A stretch of DNA of 29,054 bases from Isoptericola halotolerans (GTDB taxonomy: Bacteria; Actinomycetota; Actinomycetes; Actinomycetales; Cellulomonadaceae): NCBI RefSeq assembly GCF_013149785.1, contig NZ_JABEZU010000001.1, forward strand, positions 1,612,001 through 1,641,054, given 5' to 3'. The notes under the pieces are model-generated. The model was not told the DNA's origin, did no database searches, and was given only the letters and a program-made list of their open reading frames with translations. Both the position numbers and the translations under genes were made by a program. This document shows, one piece after another, positions 9,684 through 20,760 of this stretch (the first letter of the stretch is position 1; each line of letters begins with the position of its first letter).

Positions 9684-10521
9684 GGTCCCCGCGTCCCGGA
9701 CCGCGCTGGTGACGGGCGCGACCCGCGGCATCGGCCGCGCGGTCGCGCTCGGCCTGGCGGGTGCCGGGCTCGACGTCGCGCTGCTGGCGCGGGACACCGC
9801 TCGGCTCGAGGAGGTCGCCGACGAGGTGCGCGCCCTGGGTCGGACCGCCGTCGTGCTGACCTGTGACGTCACGGACGAGCCTGCGGTCCGGTCCTCCGTG
9901 GCGCAGGCCGAGGCCTCCCTGGGCGACGGGGGGCTCGGGTCGGTCGACCTGCTGGTCAACAACGCCGGTCGGATCGACGCCGAGGTGCCGCTGTGGGAGG
10001 CCGACCCGGACGAGTGGTGGTCCGTGCAGGAGACCAACGTGCGGGGCCCGTTCCTGCTGTCGCGGTACGTGATCCCGGGCATGCTGGCCCGCGGCGGGGG
10101 TCGGGTGCTCGACCTGAGCTCCGGGTCGGGCTCGCACGACATGGACGTGGCCAGCGCGTACAACGTGTCCAAGACGGCACTGATGCGCATGGGGCACCAC
10201 CTGCACGCGGCCGGGCACTCTCGTGGCCTGCGGGTGCTGGAGCTTGCCCCGGGCGTGGTCGCCACGGACATGACCGCGTCGATGGACGCCCACGTGGGGC
10301 GCACCGCGTGGACGCCGGTGGAGCGCACGGTCGAGGCCGTCGTGGCGTTCGCGGCCGGTGACCTGGACGCGTGCTCCGGCTGGTTCGTGCGTGTCTCGGA
10401 CGACACCCCCGCGTCGCTGCGGGCGCTGGCCGCCGAGGCCACCGCCGCCGCGCCGCGTCACCTGCGGGTGCTCCCGGCGTCGTCGGCCGACCCGATGACC
10501 CAGACGCTCACGGGCCGCTGA
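9676..10521 (+). CDS. Short-chain dehydrogenase/reductase (SDR)
   Basis: TGATRGIG, NNAG, catalytic YNVSK; GTG 9676 overlaps the pheT end (start inferred). Confidence 0.9.
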   Translation: MAEVPASRTALVTGATRGIGRAVALGLAGAGLDVALLARDTARLEEVADEVRALGRTAVVLTCDVTDEPAVRSSVAQAEASLGDGGLGSVDLLVNNAGRIDAEVPLWEADPDEWWSVQETNVRGPFLLSRYVIPGMLARGGGRVLDLSSGSGSHDMDVASAYNVSKTALMRMGHHLHAAGHSRGLRVLELAPGVVATDMTASMDAHVGRTAWTPVERTVEAVVAFAAGDLDACSGWFVRVSDDTPASLRALAAEATAAAPRHLRVLPASSADPMTQTLTGR

Positions 10522-10527
10522 GGCGGC

Positions 10528-11316
10528 TCAGGACCGTTCGTCGCGCCAGGCGACCCACTGCTCCACGAGGTCCAGGTCGAAGTCGGGACCGCTGGTGCCG
10601 ATCGTGAAGAGCGTGGCACCGGCGTCGACGAGGTCGTCCGCGACCTCCTGCGGTGGCCGCTTCACCCCGACCGACCGTTCGACCGACATGGCCGTGTCGC
10701 GCTGGACGTCCCTGCCGTGCGCGTCCAGCACCTGCGACTTGTGGCGCAGCGTCGCCGCGTCGCCGAACGAGTGCCAGACGTCGGCGTGCTCGGCGACCAG
10801 CCGCAACATCTTCTTCTCGCCGCCGCCGCCGATGAGCAGGGGGATCTCGCGGGTCGGCGCCGGGCTGCCCGCTGCCAGGCGTGCCCGGATGCGAGGGAGG
10901 GCCGCGGCGAGGTCGGCGATGCGGGTGCCGGCCGTGCCGAACTCGTAGCCGAACTCCCGGTAGTCCCTCTCGGCCCAGCCGGCCCCGATCCCGAGGATGA
11001 GGCGCCCGCCGCTGATGTGATCGACCGTGCGTGCCATGTCGGCCAGCAGGTCCGGGTTGCGATAGCCGTTCCCGGTGACCAGCGCCCCGATCTCCACGCG
11101 CTCGGTCTGCTCGGCCCAGGCGCCCAGCATGGTCCAGCACTCGAAGTGCTTGCCGTCGGGGTCGCCCGACAGCGGGAAGAAGTGGTCCCAGTTGAACACG
11201 ACGTCGACGCCGGCGTCCTCGGCGCGCAGCACCGTGTCCCGGATCGTCGAGTAGTCGCCGTGCTGCTGACCGAGCTGGTACGCGATGCGGACGTTGCGCA
11301 GAGGTATGTCACTCAT
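10528..11316 (-). CDS. LLM-class (luciferase-like) oxidoreductase, probable F420-dependent MSMEG_2906-like family
   Basis: WDHFFPLSGDPDGKHFECWTMLGAWAE, YRNPDLLADMARTVDHISGGRLILGIGAGW, LLIGGGGEKK; -10 TATGAT 7 nt before ATG 11316. Confidence 0.85.
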   Translation of the reverse strand: MSDIPLRNVRIAYQLGQQHGDYSTIRDTVLRAEDAGVDVVFNWDHFFPLSGDPDGKHFECWTMLGAWAEQTERVEIGALVTGNGYRNPDLLADMARTVDHISGGRLILGIGAGWAERDYREFGYEFGTAGTRIADLAAALPRIRARLAAGSPAPTREIPLLIGGGGEKKMLRLVAEHADVWHSFGDAATLRHKSQVLDAHGRDVQRDTAMSVERSVGVKRPPQEVADDLVDAGATLFTIGTSGPDFDLDLVEQWVAWRDERS

Positions 11317-11396
11317 TGTCGGGATCATAGGTGCACGAAGAGGCTGGCGGTCACGGCCCGCGCCGCCGGGTCGTACCGCAGTGAACCCGCACCGGG

Positions 11397-12191
11397 TCAG
11401 TCGCGCGCGGCGACGACGAAGACTCGTCGGAACGCCAGCGCGGTCCCGTACGGGCGGAGGGGATAGGCCTCTGCCAGCGCTGCTGAGTACTCGGCCTCGA
11501 AGGCGTCCTGCAGAGCTGTGTCGTGCGCAGCGTCGTACGCGGCCAGTGCTGCCAGCGTGGGGCGGGCGCCTGTGGCTGCGATCCAACGCAGCACCGGGTG
11601 GGTGCCGTCGGTGGGCGGCAGCAGGTGGGTGTACGTCGTCTCCCACGTGTCCACGGTCCAGCCCGGACGGGCGAGGATCTCCAGGTATTCTGCGGGGTCG
11701 CCGGTGGCGCGCACCTCGACGGGTCCGACGGCGGTCGCGTAGGGCTCGCGAGCGGCCACCTCGCGCAGCAGCACATGGCTGGGGGCGTCGTGGTTGCCGG
11801 GCACGGAGAACGCCAGCACTCTGCGGGCGCGGTCGGCGAGAGCCGGCAGCAGGTCGCGATGCCCGGGCACCCACTGGAAGGTGGCGTTGCTGATGACGAG
11901 GTCGGCGTCGTCTCTCGAGCTGCCGGACGCGTAGTCCGTCACGTCGCCGACGGCGTACGTGCCCTGCGGGTCGGCCTGGCGTGCCCGGTCGATCATCGCC
12001 GGTGAGGTGTCCAGGCCGATGACGGCGGCACCGGGCCAGCGCGAACGGAGCACCGCGGTCAGGTGTCCCGGGCCGCAGCCGAGGTCGACGATGCTGGTGT
12101 GGTCGCCCGGCACCCGGGTCACCAGCTCGGTGAACGGGCGGGAGCGCTCGTCGGCGAAGCGCAGGTAGTCGGTGGGGGTCCAGTCGGCCAT
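11397..12191 (-). CDS. tam: trans-aconitate 2-methyltransferase
   Basis: MADWTPTDYLRFADERSRPFTELV, VDLGCGPG SAM motif, SNATFQWVPGH, WETTY, C-terminal FRRVFVVA; AGGAG RBS. Confidence 0.92.
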   Translation of the reverse strand: MADWTPTDYLRFADERSRPFTELVTRVPGDHTSIVDLGCGPGHLTAVLRSRWPGAAVIGLDTSPAMIDRARQADPQGTYAVGDVTDYASGSSRDDADLVISNATFQWVPGHRDLLPALADRARRVLAFSVPGNHDAPSHVLLREVAAREPYATAVGPVEVRATGDPAEYLEILARPGWTVDTWETTYTHLLPPTDGTHPVLRWIAATGARPTLAALAAYDAAHDTALQDAFEAEYSAALAEAYPLRPYGTALAFRRVFVVAARD

Positions 12192-12197
12192 GACTCT

Positions 12198-12230
12198 CCT
12201 CTTGATATCAAGTATCTTGATGTCAAGATA
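12198..12230. promoter_or_regulatory. Tandem TamR (MarR-family)-type operator palindromes upstream of tam
   Basis: CTTGATATCAAG (12201-12212, perfect palindrome) and TATCTTGATGTCAAGATA (12213-12230); an AT-rich island in GC-rich DNA. Confidence 0.75.
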
Positions 12231-12860
12231 TACCAGCATCGTAGGCCCAGCGCGCCACCTCCACCCGGTTGCGCGTGCTGGTCTTGGCCATGATCGCCCC
12301 GAGATGCGTCTTGACCGTGCTCATCCCCAGGTGCAGCTCGGCGGCGATCTCGGCGTTCGTCCGCCCGGCCGCGACCAGGCGCAGCACGTCGCGCTCGCGG
12401 TCGGTCAGCGGGTCCACCAGCACCGGCGGCCTCGCGGCCGGCTGCGCGAAGTGGGTCAGCAGCCGCACCGTGACCGACGGGTCGATCAGCGCGTCGCCCG
12501 CGGCCGCCACCCGGACCGCCTGCCCGAGGAGCTCGGGCCCTGCGTCCTTGAGCAGGAAGCCCCGTGCTCCGGCACCGAGGGCGGCATGCACGTACTCGTC
12601 CAGGTCGAAGGTGGTGATGACGACGACGGCCATCGGGTCCGCCACGTCCGGCCCGGCGAGCGCCCGGGTCGCCGCGACGCCGTCCGTGCCCGGCATGCGG
12701 ATGTCCAGGAGACACACGTCCGGCCGGTGCGCGTGGGCCAGGCGCACCGCCTCGGCGCCGTCGGCCGCCTCGGCGACGACCGTGATCCCGTCCAGGGAGT
12801 CGAGGATCGTGCGCAGCCCGGTGCGCACGATCTCCTGGTCGTCGGCGAGCAGGACGCGGA

Positions 12861-12864
<4 letters not shown>
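12223..12864 (-). CDS. NarL/LuxR-family response regulator
   Basis: IRVLLADDQ, DVCLLDIRMP, TTFD, GFLLKD, LTDRERDVLRLVAAGRTNAEIA..TVKTH; GTGA overlap with the kinase stop. Confidence 0.95.
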
Positions 12865-13997
<1,133 letters not shown>

Positions 13998-13998
13998 G

Positions 13999-14646
13999 CT
14001 AGCCGCGCACCCGGGCCCGGCGTCGGATGACGACCTCGGCGACGACGACGTTGATCGCCCAGCCCAGTCCCATCCCGACCGGTCGGGTCCAGTCGGGGAT
14101 CTCGTCGAGCGCCAGGAGCGGTCCCTGGGTGAGCACCTGGGTCCCGGCGCCCATCGCGAGCGCGTAGGCGCGGGTCATCCAGGCGCCGTGCGCGACGTAG
14201 TCGTGCCGGGCGAGCGCCCGGACGGCCAGGGCGAGCTGGACGAGCATCGCGGCCCCGACGGCGTAGCGGATGACGACCAGCGCTCCGGCGTCGGCGGGCG
14301 GGAACTCGTACGCGGCCGTCATCCACAGGCCGCTCGCGGCCGACAGCGCCCCGGCCGGCACGAGCACCGCCCCGGCCCGACGGTGCCAGCCGACGTGCCG
14401 ACGTCGGAGGTCACGGGAGAACTGGAGGGCGCCGAGGACCGCGTAGACCACGCTGGTCGCCACATGGATGACGATCGGCACGGGGTCGGTGACGAAGCGG
14501 GCGTTCTGCGGCGTGACGACCGACAGGTCGCCGAGCCGCATGGCACCACCGAGGATCGGCACGGCGGCGAGGACGAGCAGTCCCGCGACGGCGAGCCGGT
14601 TCAGGGGGAGCGAGGGTGCTGTGGTCCGGGCTGCGGTGGTGGTCAT
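13999..14646 (-). CDS. DUF2306-family membrane protein
   Basis: Hydrophobic helices with PIVIHV, LGALQFS, WHRRAG, HGAWMTRAYAL, GAGTQ and GWAIN motifs; commonly paired with a two-component system. Confidence 0.8.
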   Translation of the reverse strand: MTTTAARTTAPSLPLNRLAVAGLLVLAAVPILGGAMRLGDLSVVTPQNARFVTDPVPIVIHVATSVVYAVLGALQFSRDLRRRHVGWHRRAGAVLVPAGALSAASGLWMTAAYEFPPADAGALVVIRYAVGAAMLVQLALAVRALARHDYVAHGAWMTRAYALAMGAGTQVLTQGPLLALDEIPDWTRPVGMGLGWAINVVVAEVVIRRRARVRG

Positions 14647-14735
14647 GGCTCCACGGTCCGACGACGGCACGTGCTCGCGGATCGGCCGTCCGGCCGGACC
14701 GGCTCCACCGATGGGCCGGACCGTCCGGCGGGGGG

Positions 14736-15719
14736 TCAGGGGACCAGCAGCACCTTGCCGGTGGTCGCCCGGCCCTCCAGCGCGCGGTGCGCCTCGGCGG
14801 CGTCGGTGAGCGCGTAGGTGGTTCCCACCCGCACGTCGAGGTCGCCGGACGCCGCGAGCCCCAGGACCTCGCCGGCCCGCCACTCGAGCTCGCCGCGGGT
14901 GGCGGTGTAGTGGGCCAGGGTGGGACGGGTCAGGAACAGCGAGCCGCCGGCGTTGAGGCGCTGCGGGTCGAACGGTGGTACCTGACCGGACGCACCGCCG
15001 AACAGCACCAGCATCCCGCGCGCCCGCAGCGAGGCGAGCGAGGCGTCGAACGTCGCCGCTCCCACGCCGTCGTACACCACGTGGACCCCGGCTCCGTCGG
15101 TGAGGTCGCGCACGACGGCGGGCAGCTCGGTGGTCAGGTCGTCCATCGCGGCGTAGTCGATCGTGTGCAGGGCGCCGGCGTCCCGCGAGAGCGCCGCCTT
15201 CTCGGGGGTGGAGACGGTGGTGACGACGCGTCCACCGCGGTGCGTCGCGAGCTGGGTGGCGAGCAGGCCGACACCGCCCGCGCCGGCGTGCAGCAGGACG
15301 TCGTGACCGAAACCGACCTCGAAGGTCGAGGCCACGAGGTAGTGGGCCGTCATGCCCTGCAGGGGCAGGGCGGCCGCGGTGACCAGGTCGAGACCGGCCG
15401 GGACGCGCACGGCACCTACGGCCCGCACGACGGCGAGCTCGGCGTAGGAGCCCGGTGCGTCGTGCCAGGCGACCTGGTCGCCGACCGCGAAGCCCGTCAC
15501 GCCGTCGCCGGTCGCCTCGACGGTCCCGGCACCCTCGGTGCCCACCACGTGCGGGAACTCCATGGGGTAGACCCCCGCCCGCCGGTAGGTGTCGATGAAG
15601 TTCACGCCGGCCGCTGCGACGCGGACCAGCAGCTCTCCCGGCCCGGGCTCCGGGTCGGGGCGTTCGGAGTGCTCCAGGACCTCGGGACCGCCCGCGGTGC
15701 GGGCCACGACTGCGCGCAT
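14736..15719 (-). CDS. qor: NADPH:quinone oxidoreductase (zeta-crystallin/Qor family)
   Basis: AAGVNFIDTY, LQGMTAHYL, HAGAGGVG, VVYDGVG, GSLFLTRP, TTGKVLL; -10 TAGGCT 6 nt before the ATG. Confidence 0.92.
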   Translation of the reverse strand: MRAVVARTAGGPEVLEHSERPDPEPGPGELLVRVAAAGVNFIDTYRRAGVYPMEFPHVVGTEGAGTVEATGDGVTGFAVGDQVAWHDAPGSYAELAVVRAVGAVRVPAGLDLVTAAALPLQGMTAHYLVASTFEVGFGHDVLLHAGAGGVGLLATQLATHRGGRVVTTVSTPEKAALSRDAGALHTIDYAAMDDLTTELPAVVRDLTDGAGVHVVYDGVGAATFDASLASLRARGMLVLFGGASGQVPPFDPQRLNAGGSLFLTRPTLAHYTATRGELEWRAGEVLGLAASGDLDVRVGTTYALTDAAEAHRALEGRATTGKVLLVP

Positions 15720-15754
15720 ACCCCGAGCCTACGACCTGCCCGTAGTCTGTGGCC
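15720..15754. promoter_or_regulatory. Back-to-back leaderless promoters for qor and GNAT
   Basis: TAGGCT on minus (15731-15726) and TAGTCT on plus (15743-15748), each 6 nt from its start codon. Confidence 0.65.
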
Positions 15755-16267
15755 GTGACCGTGGAGATCCGCACCGCGACCGACGCCGACTGGCCGCTGA
15801 TCTGGCCCCTCGTCGAGCGGGTCGTCCGTGCGGGGGAGACCTACGCCTACCCGCTCGACCTGACGTCCGAGCGGGCGCGCGAGCTGTGGCTGGAACGCCC
15901 GCCCGGTCGTACCGTCGTCGCCGTGGGCGTCGGCGGCGACGGCCGCGACGAGGTGCTGCTGGGTACCGCGAAGATGGGCCCGAACCGCCCGGGCCACGGT
16001 GACCATGTCGGTACGGCGTCCTTCATGGTCGACGAGGCCGCTCGAGGCAGGGGCGTCGGACGGGCGCTCGGGGAGCACGTGATCGCCTGGCACGCCGAGC
16101 AGGGATACCGCGGCATCCAGTTCAACGCCGTCGTCGAGTCGAACACGGCCGCGGTCAGGCTGTGGCGGTCGTTGGGCTTCGAGATCGTCGGCACCGTCCC
16201 GGAGGCGTTCCGCAGCCCCACCCACGGCTACGTGGGCCTGCACGTCATGTACCGCCACCTGGGGTGA
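15755..16267 (+). CDS. GNAT-family N-acetyltransferase
   Basis: [24 protein letters not shown] acetyl-CoA motif, [24 protein letters not shown] 15755 chosen from -10 spacing; GTG 15749 is possible. Confidence 0.9.
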   Translation: MTVEIRTATDADWPLIWPLVERVVRAGETYAYPLDLTSERARELWLERPPGRTVVAVGVGGDGRDEVLLGTAKMGPNRPGHGDHVGTASFMVDEAARGRGVGRALGEHVIAWHAEQGYRGIQFNAVVESNTAAVRLWRSLGFEIVGTVPEAFRSPTHGYVGLHVMYRHLG

Positions 16268-16276
16268 CCGCATCGC

Positions 16277-16314
16277 AGAATATGTTCGCTGATGGGCGCA
16301 TACGTATGTACCAT
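16277..16314 (+). promoter_or_regulatory. ArgR operator (ARG box) overlapping the leaderless argC promoter
   Basis: CGCAT-ACGT-ATGTA (16297-16310) fits TGCAT-N4-ATGCA; a degenerate second box starts near 16277; -10 TACCAT (16309-16314) lies 6 nt before ATG 16321. Confidence 0.7.
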
Positions 16315-16320
16315 GGCCGT

Positions 16321-17403
16321 ATGGTCAGCACATCGGACGCCCGGCTCCGCGTCGCCGTCGCCGGCGCCTCGGGGTACGCCGGCGGAGAGTTCCTGCGCCT
16401 CGCCGTGGCGCACCCCCACCTCGAGATCGGCACGCTCACCGCGCACTCCAACGCCGGCAGCCGACTCGGGGAGCTGCAGCCTCACCTGCGATCCCTGGCC
16501 GATCGCGTCCTCGAGCCCACGACCCCCGAGGCGCTCGCCGTGCACGACGTCGTCGTCCTCGGCCTCCCGCACGGCGCCTCCGGCGAGATCGCCGCGCAGC
16601 TGCCCGACGACGTCCTCGTCCTGGACCTCGGGGCCGACCACCGGCTCGCATCCACGGCGGACTGGGAGGCGTTCTACGGCTCCGAGCACGCCGGTACCTG
16701 GCCGTACGGGCTGCCGGAGCTCATCGTCAGCGACAGCTCGGGCTCGACGACGCAGCGCACCCGCCTCGCCGGAGCACGTCGCCTCGCGATGCCCGGGTGC
16801 AACGTGACCGCCGTCACCCTCGGGCTGCAGCCCGGGATCGCCGCCGGGCTGCTCGACCCGACCGACCTGGTCGCGGTCCTGGCCAACGGGTACTCCGGCG
16901 CCGGCAAGGCGCTCAAGCCGCACCTGCTCGCCGCCGAGGGACTGGGCTCGGCCGTGCCGTACGCCGTCGGGGGCACCCACCGGCACATCCCGGAGATCAT
17001 CCAGAACCTGCGCACCGCGGGGGCGGCCGACGTCTCGATCAGCTTCACGCCCACGCTCGTCCCGATGGCCCGTGGCATCCTCGCGACCGCGACCGCACGT
17101 CTCGCCCCGGCGCACCGCGACGCCGACGCCGACGCCGTGCGCGCCGTGTGGGAGCGGGCCTACGCCGACGAGCCGTTCGTCGACCTGCTGCCCGCCGGGC
17201 AGTGGCCCTCGACGGCCTCGACGACGGGTGCGAACACGGCGCTCGTCCAGGTCGCGCTCGACGCGGCCGCCAGCCGGGTCGTCACCGTCACCGCGCTCGA
17301 CAACCTCGCCAAGGGCACCGCCGGCCAGGCGGTCCAGGCCATGAACATCGCCCTCGACCTGCCGGAGTCGGCCGGTCTGCCCACCGAAGGAGTCGCACCG
17401 TGA
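16321..17403 (+). CDS. argC: N-acetyl-gamma-glutamyl-phosphate reductase
   Basis: [31 protein letters not shown] (catalytic Cys), [27 protein letters not shown]. Confidence 0.97.
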   Translation: MVSTSDARLRVAVAGASGYAGGEFLRLAVAHPHLEIGTLTAHSNAGSRLGELQPHLRSLADRVLEPTTPEALAVHDVVVLGLPHGASGEIAAQLPDDVLVLDLGADHRLASTADWEAFYGSEHAGTWPYGLPELIVSDSSGSTTQRTRLAGARRLAMPGCNVTAVTLGLQPGIAAGLLDPTDLVAVLANGYSGAGKALKPHLLAAEGLGSAVPYAVGGTHRHIPEIIQNLRTAGAADVSISFTPTLVPMARGILATATARLAPAHRDADADAVRAVWERAYADEPFVDLLPAGQWPSTASTTGANTALVQVALDAAASRVVTVTALDNLAKGTAGQAVQAMNIALDLPESAGLPTEGVAP

Positions 17404-18581
17404 GCGTCACCGCCGCACAAGGGTTCCGGGCGGCCGGGGTCACCGCCGGCCTCAAGGCCTCCGGCACCCCCGATCTCGCCCTCGTCGTCAACGACGGCCC
17501 CGAGCACACCGCCGCCGCCGTCTTCACCAGCAACCGGGTGGTCGGGGCACCCGTGATGTGGTCGCGCCAAGCCGTCAAGGACGGCGTCGCGCGCGCCGTC
17601 GTGCTCAACTCCGGCGGTGCCAACGTCTGCACCGGACCCGGCGGCTTCCAGGACGCGCACGCCACCGCCGAGACCGTCGCCGACGCGCTCGGGATCGGCG
17701 CCATCGACGTCCTGGTCGCGTCGACGGGCCTCATCGGCGTCCGGCTGGCCGCCGACAAGCTCCTCGCGGGCATCCCGGTCGCCGTCGGCTCCCTCGCCAC
17801 CGACCCCGACGCCGGGCAGGCCGCGGCCACCGCGATCATGACCACCGACACCGTGCCGAAGACGGCGGTGCGCACCGTCGACACCCCGGCCGGGACGTAC
17901 ACCGTCGGCGGCATGGCCAAGGGGGCGGGCATGCTCGCCCCGGCCCTGGCGACCATGCTGTGCGTCGTCACCACCGACGCGGTCGTGGCGACCCCGGACG
18001 CGGACGCCGCCCTGCGGGCCGCGACCCGTGCCACCTTCGACCGGGTCGACTCCGACGGCGCCATGTCGACGTCGGACACCGTGGTGCTCATGGCGTCCGG
18101 TGCCTCCGGCGTCGCCGCGGACCTCGGGTCACTGACCGAGGCCGTCACCGCGGTCTGCGCGGACCTGGCGCGCCAGCTCGTGGCCGACGCGGAGGGTGCC
18201 TCGCACGACATCGCCATCACGGTCACGCACGCGACCACCGAGGACGCGGCGCTCGCCGTCGCGCGCGCCGTGAGCCGCTCCAACCTCGTAAAGGCCGCGG
18301 TCTTCGGCAACGACCCGAACTGGGGGCGCATCCTGTCGCAGGTCGGCACCGTGCCCGAGGACGTCGCCCCGTTCGACCCGGCGGCCCTGGACGTCAGCAT
18401 CAACGGCGTCATGGTCTGCCGCGCCGGCGGAGCGCACGAGCCGCCGGAGAACGTCGACATGGCGGCCGACCGGGACGTGACGATCACCGTCGACCTGCAC
18501 GCCGGTGACGCCGAGGTCACGTTGTGGACCAACGACCTGACCCACGCCTACGTCCACGAGAACAGCGCGTACTCCTCATGA
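17400..18581 (+). CDS. argJ: Glutamate N-acetyltransferase / ornithine acetyltransferase
   Basis: [42 protein letters not shown] autocleavage motif, [20 protein letters not shown] overlap with argC. Confidence 0.97.
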   Translation: MSVTAAQGFRAAGVTAGLKASGTPDLALVVNDGPEHTAAAVFTSNRVVGAPVMWSRQAVKDGVARAVVLNSGGANVCTGPGGFQDAHATAETVADALGIGAIDVLVASTGLIGVRLAADKLLAGIPVAVGSLATDPDAGQAAATAIMTTDTVPKTAVRTVDTPAGTYTVGGMAKGAGMLAPALATMLCVVTTDAVVATPDADAALRAATRATFDRVDSDGAMSTSDTVVLMASGASGVAADLGSLTEAVTAVCADLARQLVADAEGASHDIAITVTHATTEDAALAVARAVSRSNLVKAAVFGNDPNWGRILSQVGTVPEDVAPFDPAALDVSINGVMVCRAGGAHEPPENVDMAADRDVTITVDLHAGDAEVTLWTNDLTHAYVHENSAYSS

Positions 18582-19501
18582 GCACCTTCGACACCCGCAC
18601 CGACCTGCGCCCCGACCAGAAGGCCGAGGTGCTCATCGAGGCGCTGCCCTGGCTCCAGGAGTTCGCCGGAGCGCTCGTCGTCGTCAAGTACGGCGGCAAC
18701 GCCATGGTCGACGACGCCCTCAAGGCGGCGTTCGCCCAGGACATGGTCTTCCTGCGCCAGGTGGGCCTGCGTCCCGTCGTCGTCCACGGCGGCGGCCCGC
18801 AGATCTCCACGATGCTCGAGCGCGTGGGCATCGCCTCGGAGTTCCGCGGCGGGCTGCGGGTCACCACGCCCGAGGCGATGGACGTCGTGCGCATGGTCCT
18901 CACCGGCCAGGTCCAGCGCGACCTGGTGGGGCTGCTGAACGCCCACGCGCCGCGAGCCGTCGGGCTCTCCGGCGAGGACGCCGGGCTGTTCGGCGCCGTG
19001 CGCCGGCACGCCACGGTCGACGGCGAACCGGTGGACGTGGGCCTCGTCGGCGACGTCGTGCAGGTCAACCCGTCGGCCGTCCAGGACCTGCTCGACGCGG
19101 GCCGCATCCCGGTGGTCTCGACCGTCGCGCCCGACCTCGACGAACCCTCGCAGGTGCTCAACGTCAACGCCGACACCGCGGCGTCGGCGCTCGCGGTCGC
19201 GCTCGGCGCGAAGAAGCTCATCGTGCTCACCGACGTCGAGGGCCTCTACACGAGCTGGCCGGACCGCGACTCGTTGGTCGAGGAGATCACCGCGGGTGAC
19301 CTGGCGACCCTGCTGCCGAGCCTGACCTCGGGCATGGTCCCGAAGATGGAGGCCTGCCTGCGGGCGGTCCAGGGCGGTGTCCCGCGCGCCTCCGTGATCG
19401 ACGGGCGCCAGCCGCACTCGGTGCTGCTCGAGGTGTTCACCTCGCGGGGCAACGGCACGATGGTCGTCCCGGACCCTCGGCCTGGGAAGGTTGACGCATG
19501 A
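18578..19501 (+). CDS. argB: Acetylglutamate kinase
   Basis: [47 protein letters not shown] overlap. Confidence 0.97.
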   Translation: MSTFDTRTDLRPDQKAEVLIEALPWLQEFAGALVVVKYGGNAMVDDALKAAFAQDMVFLRQVGLRPVVVHGGGPQISTMLERVGIASEFRGGLRVTTPEAMDVVRMVLTGQVQRDLVGLLNAHAPRAVGLSGEDAGLFGAVRRHATVDGEPVDVGLVGDVVQVNPSAVQDLLDAGRIPVVSTVAPDLDEPSQVLNVNADTAASALAVALGAKKLIVLTDVEGLYTSWPDRDSLVEEITAGDLATLLPSLTSGMVPKMEACLRAVQGGVPRASVIDGRQPHSVLLEVFTSRGNGTMVVPDPRPGKVDA

Positions 19502-20760
19502 CCGAGATCACCAGCACCGGCCGGGACCTGAGCACCCAGGGCTGGACCGAGGCGTACTCCCGCTCCGTGATGGACACCTTCGGACCGCCGCAGCGCATCC
19601 TCGTGCGCGGCGAGGGCCCGTACGTCTGGGACGCCGAGGGCACGCGGTACCTCGACCTGCTCGCCGGGATCGCCGTCAACGCGCTCGGGCACGCCCACCC
19701 GACGCTGACCGCGGCGGTGAGCGCCCAGCTCGGGACGCTCGGACACGTGTCGAACTTCTTCGGCACGCCGACGCAGATCACGCTGGCCGAGCGGCTCCTG
19801 CAGCTCGCCGAGGCGCCGGCCGGTTCGCGGGTCTTCTTCACGAGCTCCGGCACGGAGGCCAACGAGGCCGCCTTCAAGATGACACGGCGCACCGGGCGCA
19901 CGCGGGTGCTGGCCCTCGAAGGAGGCTTCCACGGACGCAGCCTCGGGGCGTTGGCGCTGACCCACAAGCCCGCGTACCGCGAACCCTTCGAACCGCTGCC
20001 CGGTGGCGTCGAGCACCTGCCCTTCGGCGACACCGAGGCGCTCGAGGCCGCCTTCGCGCCCGACGCCGTCGCCGAGCACGGCGAGGTGGCCGCGCTCGTC
20101 GTCGAGCCGATCCAGGGCGAGGCCGGGGTGCGCGAGCTCCCGGCCGGGTACCTCGCGCTCGCGCGCCGGCTCACGCAGGACGCCGGGTCCCTGCTCGTGC
20201 TCGACGAGGTGCAGACCGGCATGGGCCGCACCGGTTCGTGGTTCGCCTTCCAGCAGCCGGAGATCGGCGGCGGCATCGTGCCCGACGTCGTCACTCTCGC
20301 CAAGGGCCTGGGCGGAGGATTCCCGGTCGGTGCCGTCCTGGCGTTCGGGGAGCGGGCCGCGACGCTGCTGGGCCGCGGCCAGCACGGCACCACGTTCGGC
20401 GGCAACCCGGTGGCCGCGGCCGCCGCGCTGGCCACCATCGGCGTGATCGAGCGTGACCGGTTGCTGGCCCACACCCGGACCGTCGGGAAGGTCCTGCGCC
20501 GCGCCGTCGTGGCGGCGGGCAACCCGCTGGTGAAGGACGTCCGAGGACGCGGCCTGCTCCTCGCCGTCGAGCTCACCCGTCCGGTGGCGGCGCAGGTCGC
20601 GGCCGCCGCGCTGGACGCCGGGTTCATCGTCAACGCCGTCGCCCCGGACGCCGTCCGGCTGGCGCCGCCCCTGGTGCTGACCATCGACCAGGCGCTCGAC
20701 GCCGCGCGATTCTTCGCCGGCGTGAGCGTCGAGACCACTGCGCCCGAGAAGGACGACTGA
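19498..20760 (+). CDS. argD: Acetylornithine aminotransferase
   Basis: [64 protein letters not shown]. Confidence 0.97.
   Translation: MTEITSTGRDLSTQGWTEAYSRSVMDTFGPPQRILVRGEGPYVWDAEGTRYLDLLAGIAVNALGHAHPTLTAAVSAQLGTLGHVSNFFGTPTQITLAERLLQLAEAPAGSRVFFTSSGTEANEAAFKMTRRTGRTRVLALEGGFHGRSLGALALTHKPAYREPFEPLPGGVEHLPFGDTEALEAAFAPDAVAEHGEVAALVVEPIQGEAGVRELPAGYLALARRLTQDAGSLLVLDEVQTGMGRTGSWFAFQQPEIGGGIVPDVVTLAKGLGGGFPVGAVLAFGERAATLLGRGQHGTTFGGNPVAAAAALATIGVIERDRLLAHTRTVGKVLRRAVVAAGNPLVKDVRGRGLLLAVELTRPVAAQVAAAALDAGFIVNAVAPDAVRLAPPLVLTIDQALDAARFFAGVSVETTAPEKDD

Noticed and set aside
8448..10442. 664-aa minus-strand ORF
   Set aside because: Shadow of pheT and the SDR gene.
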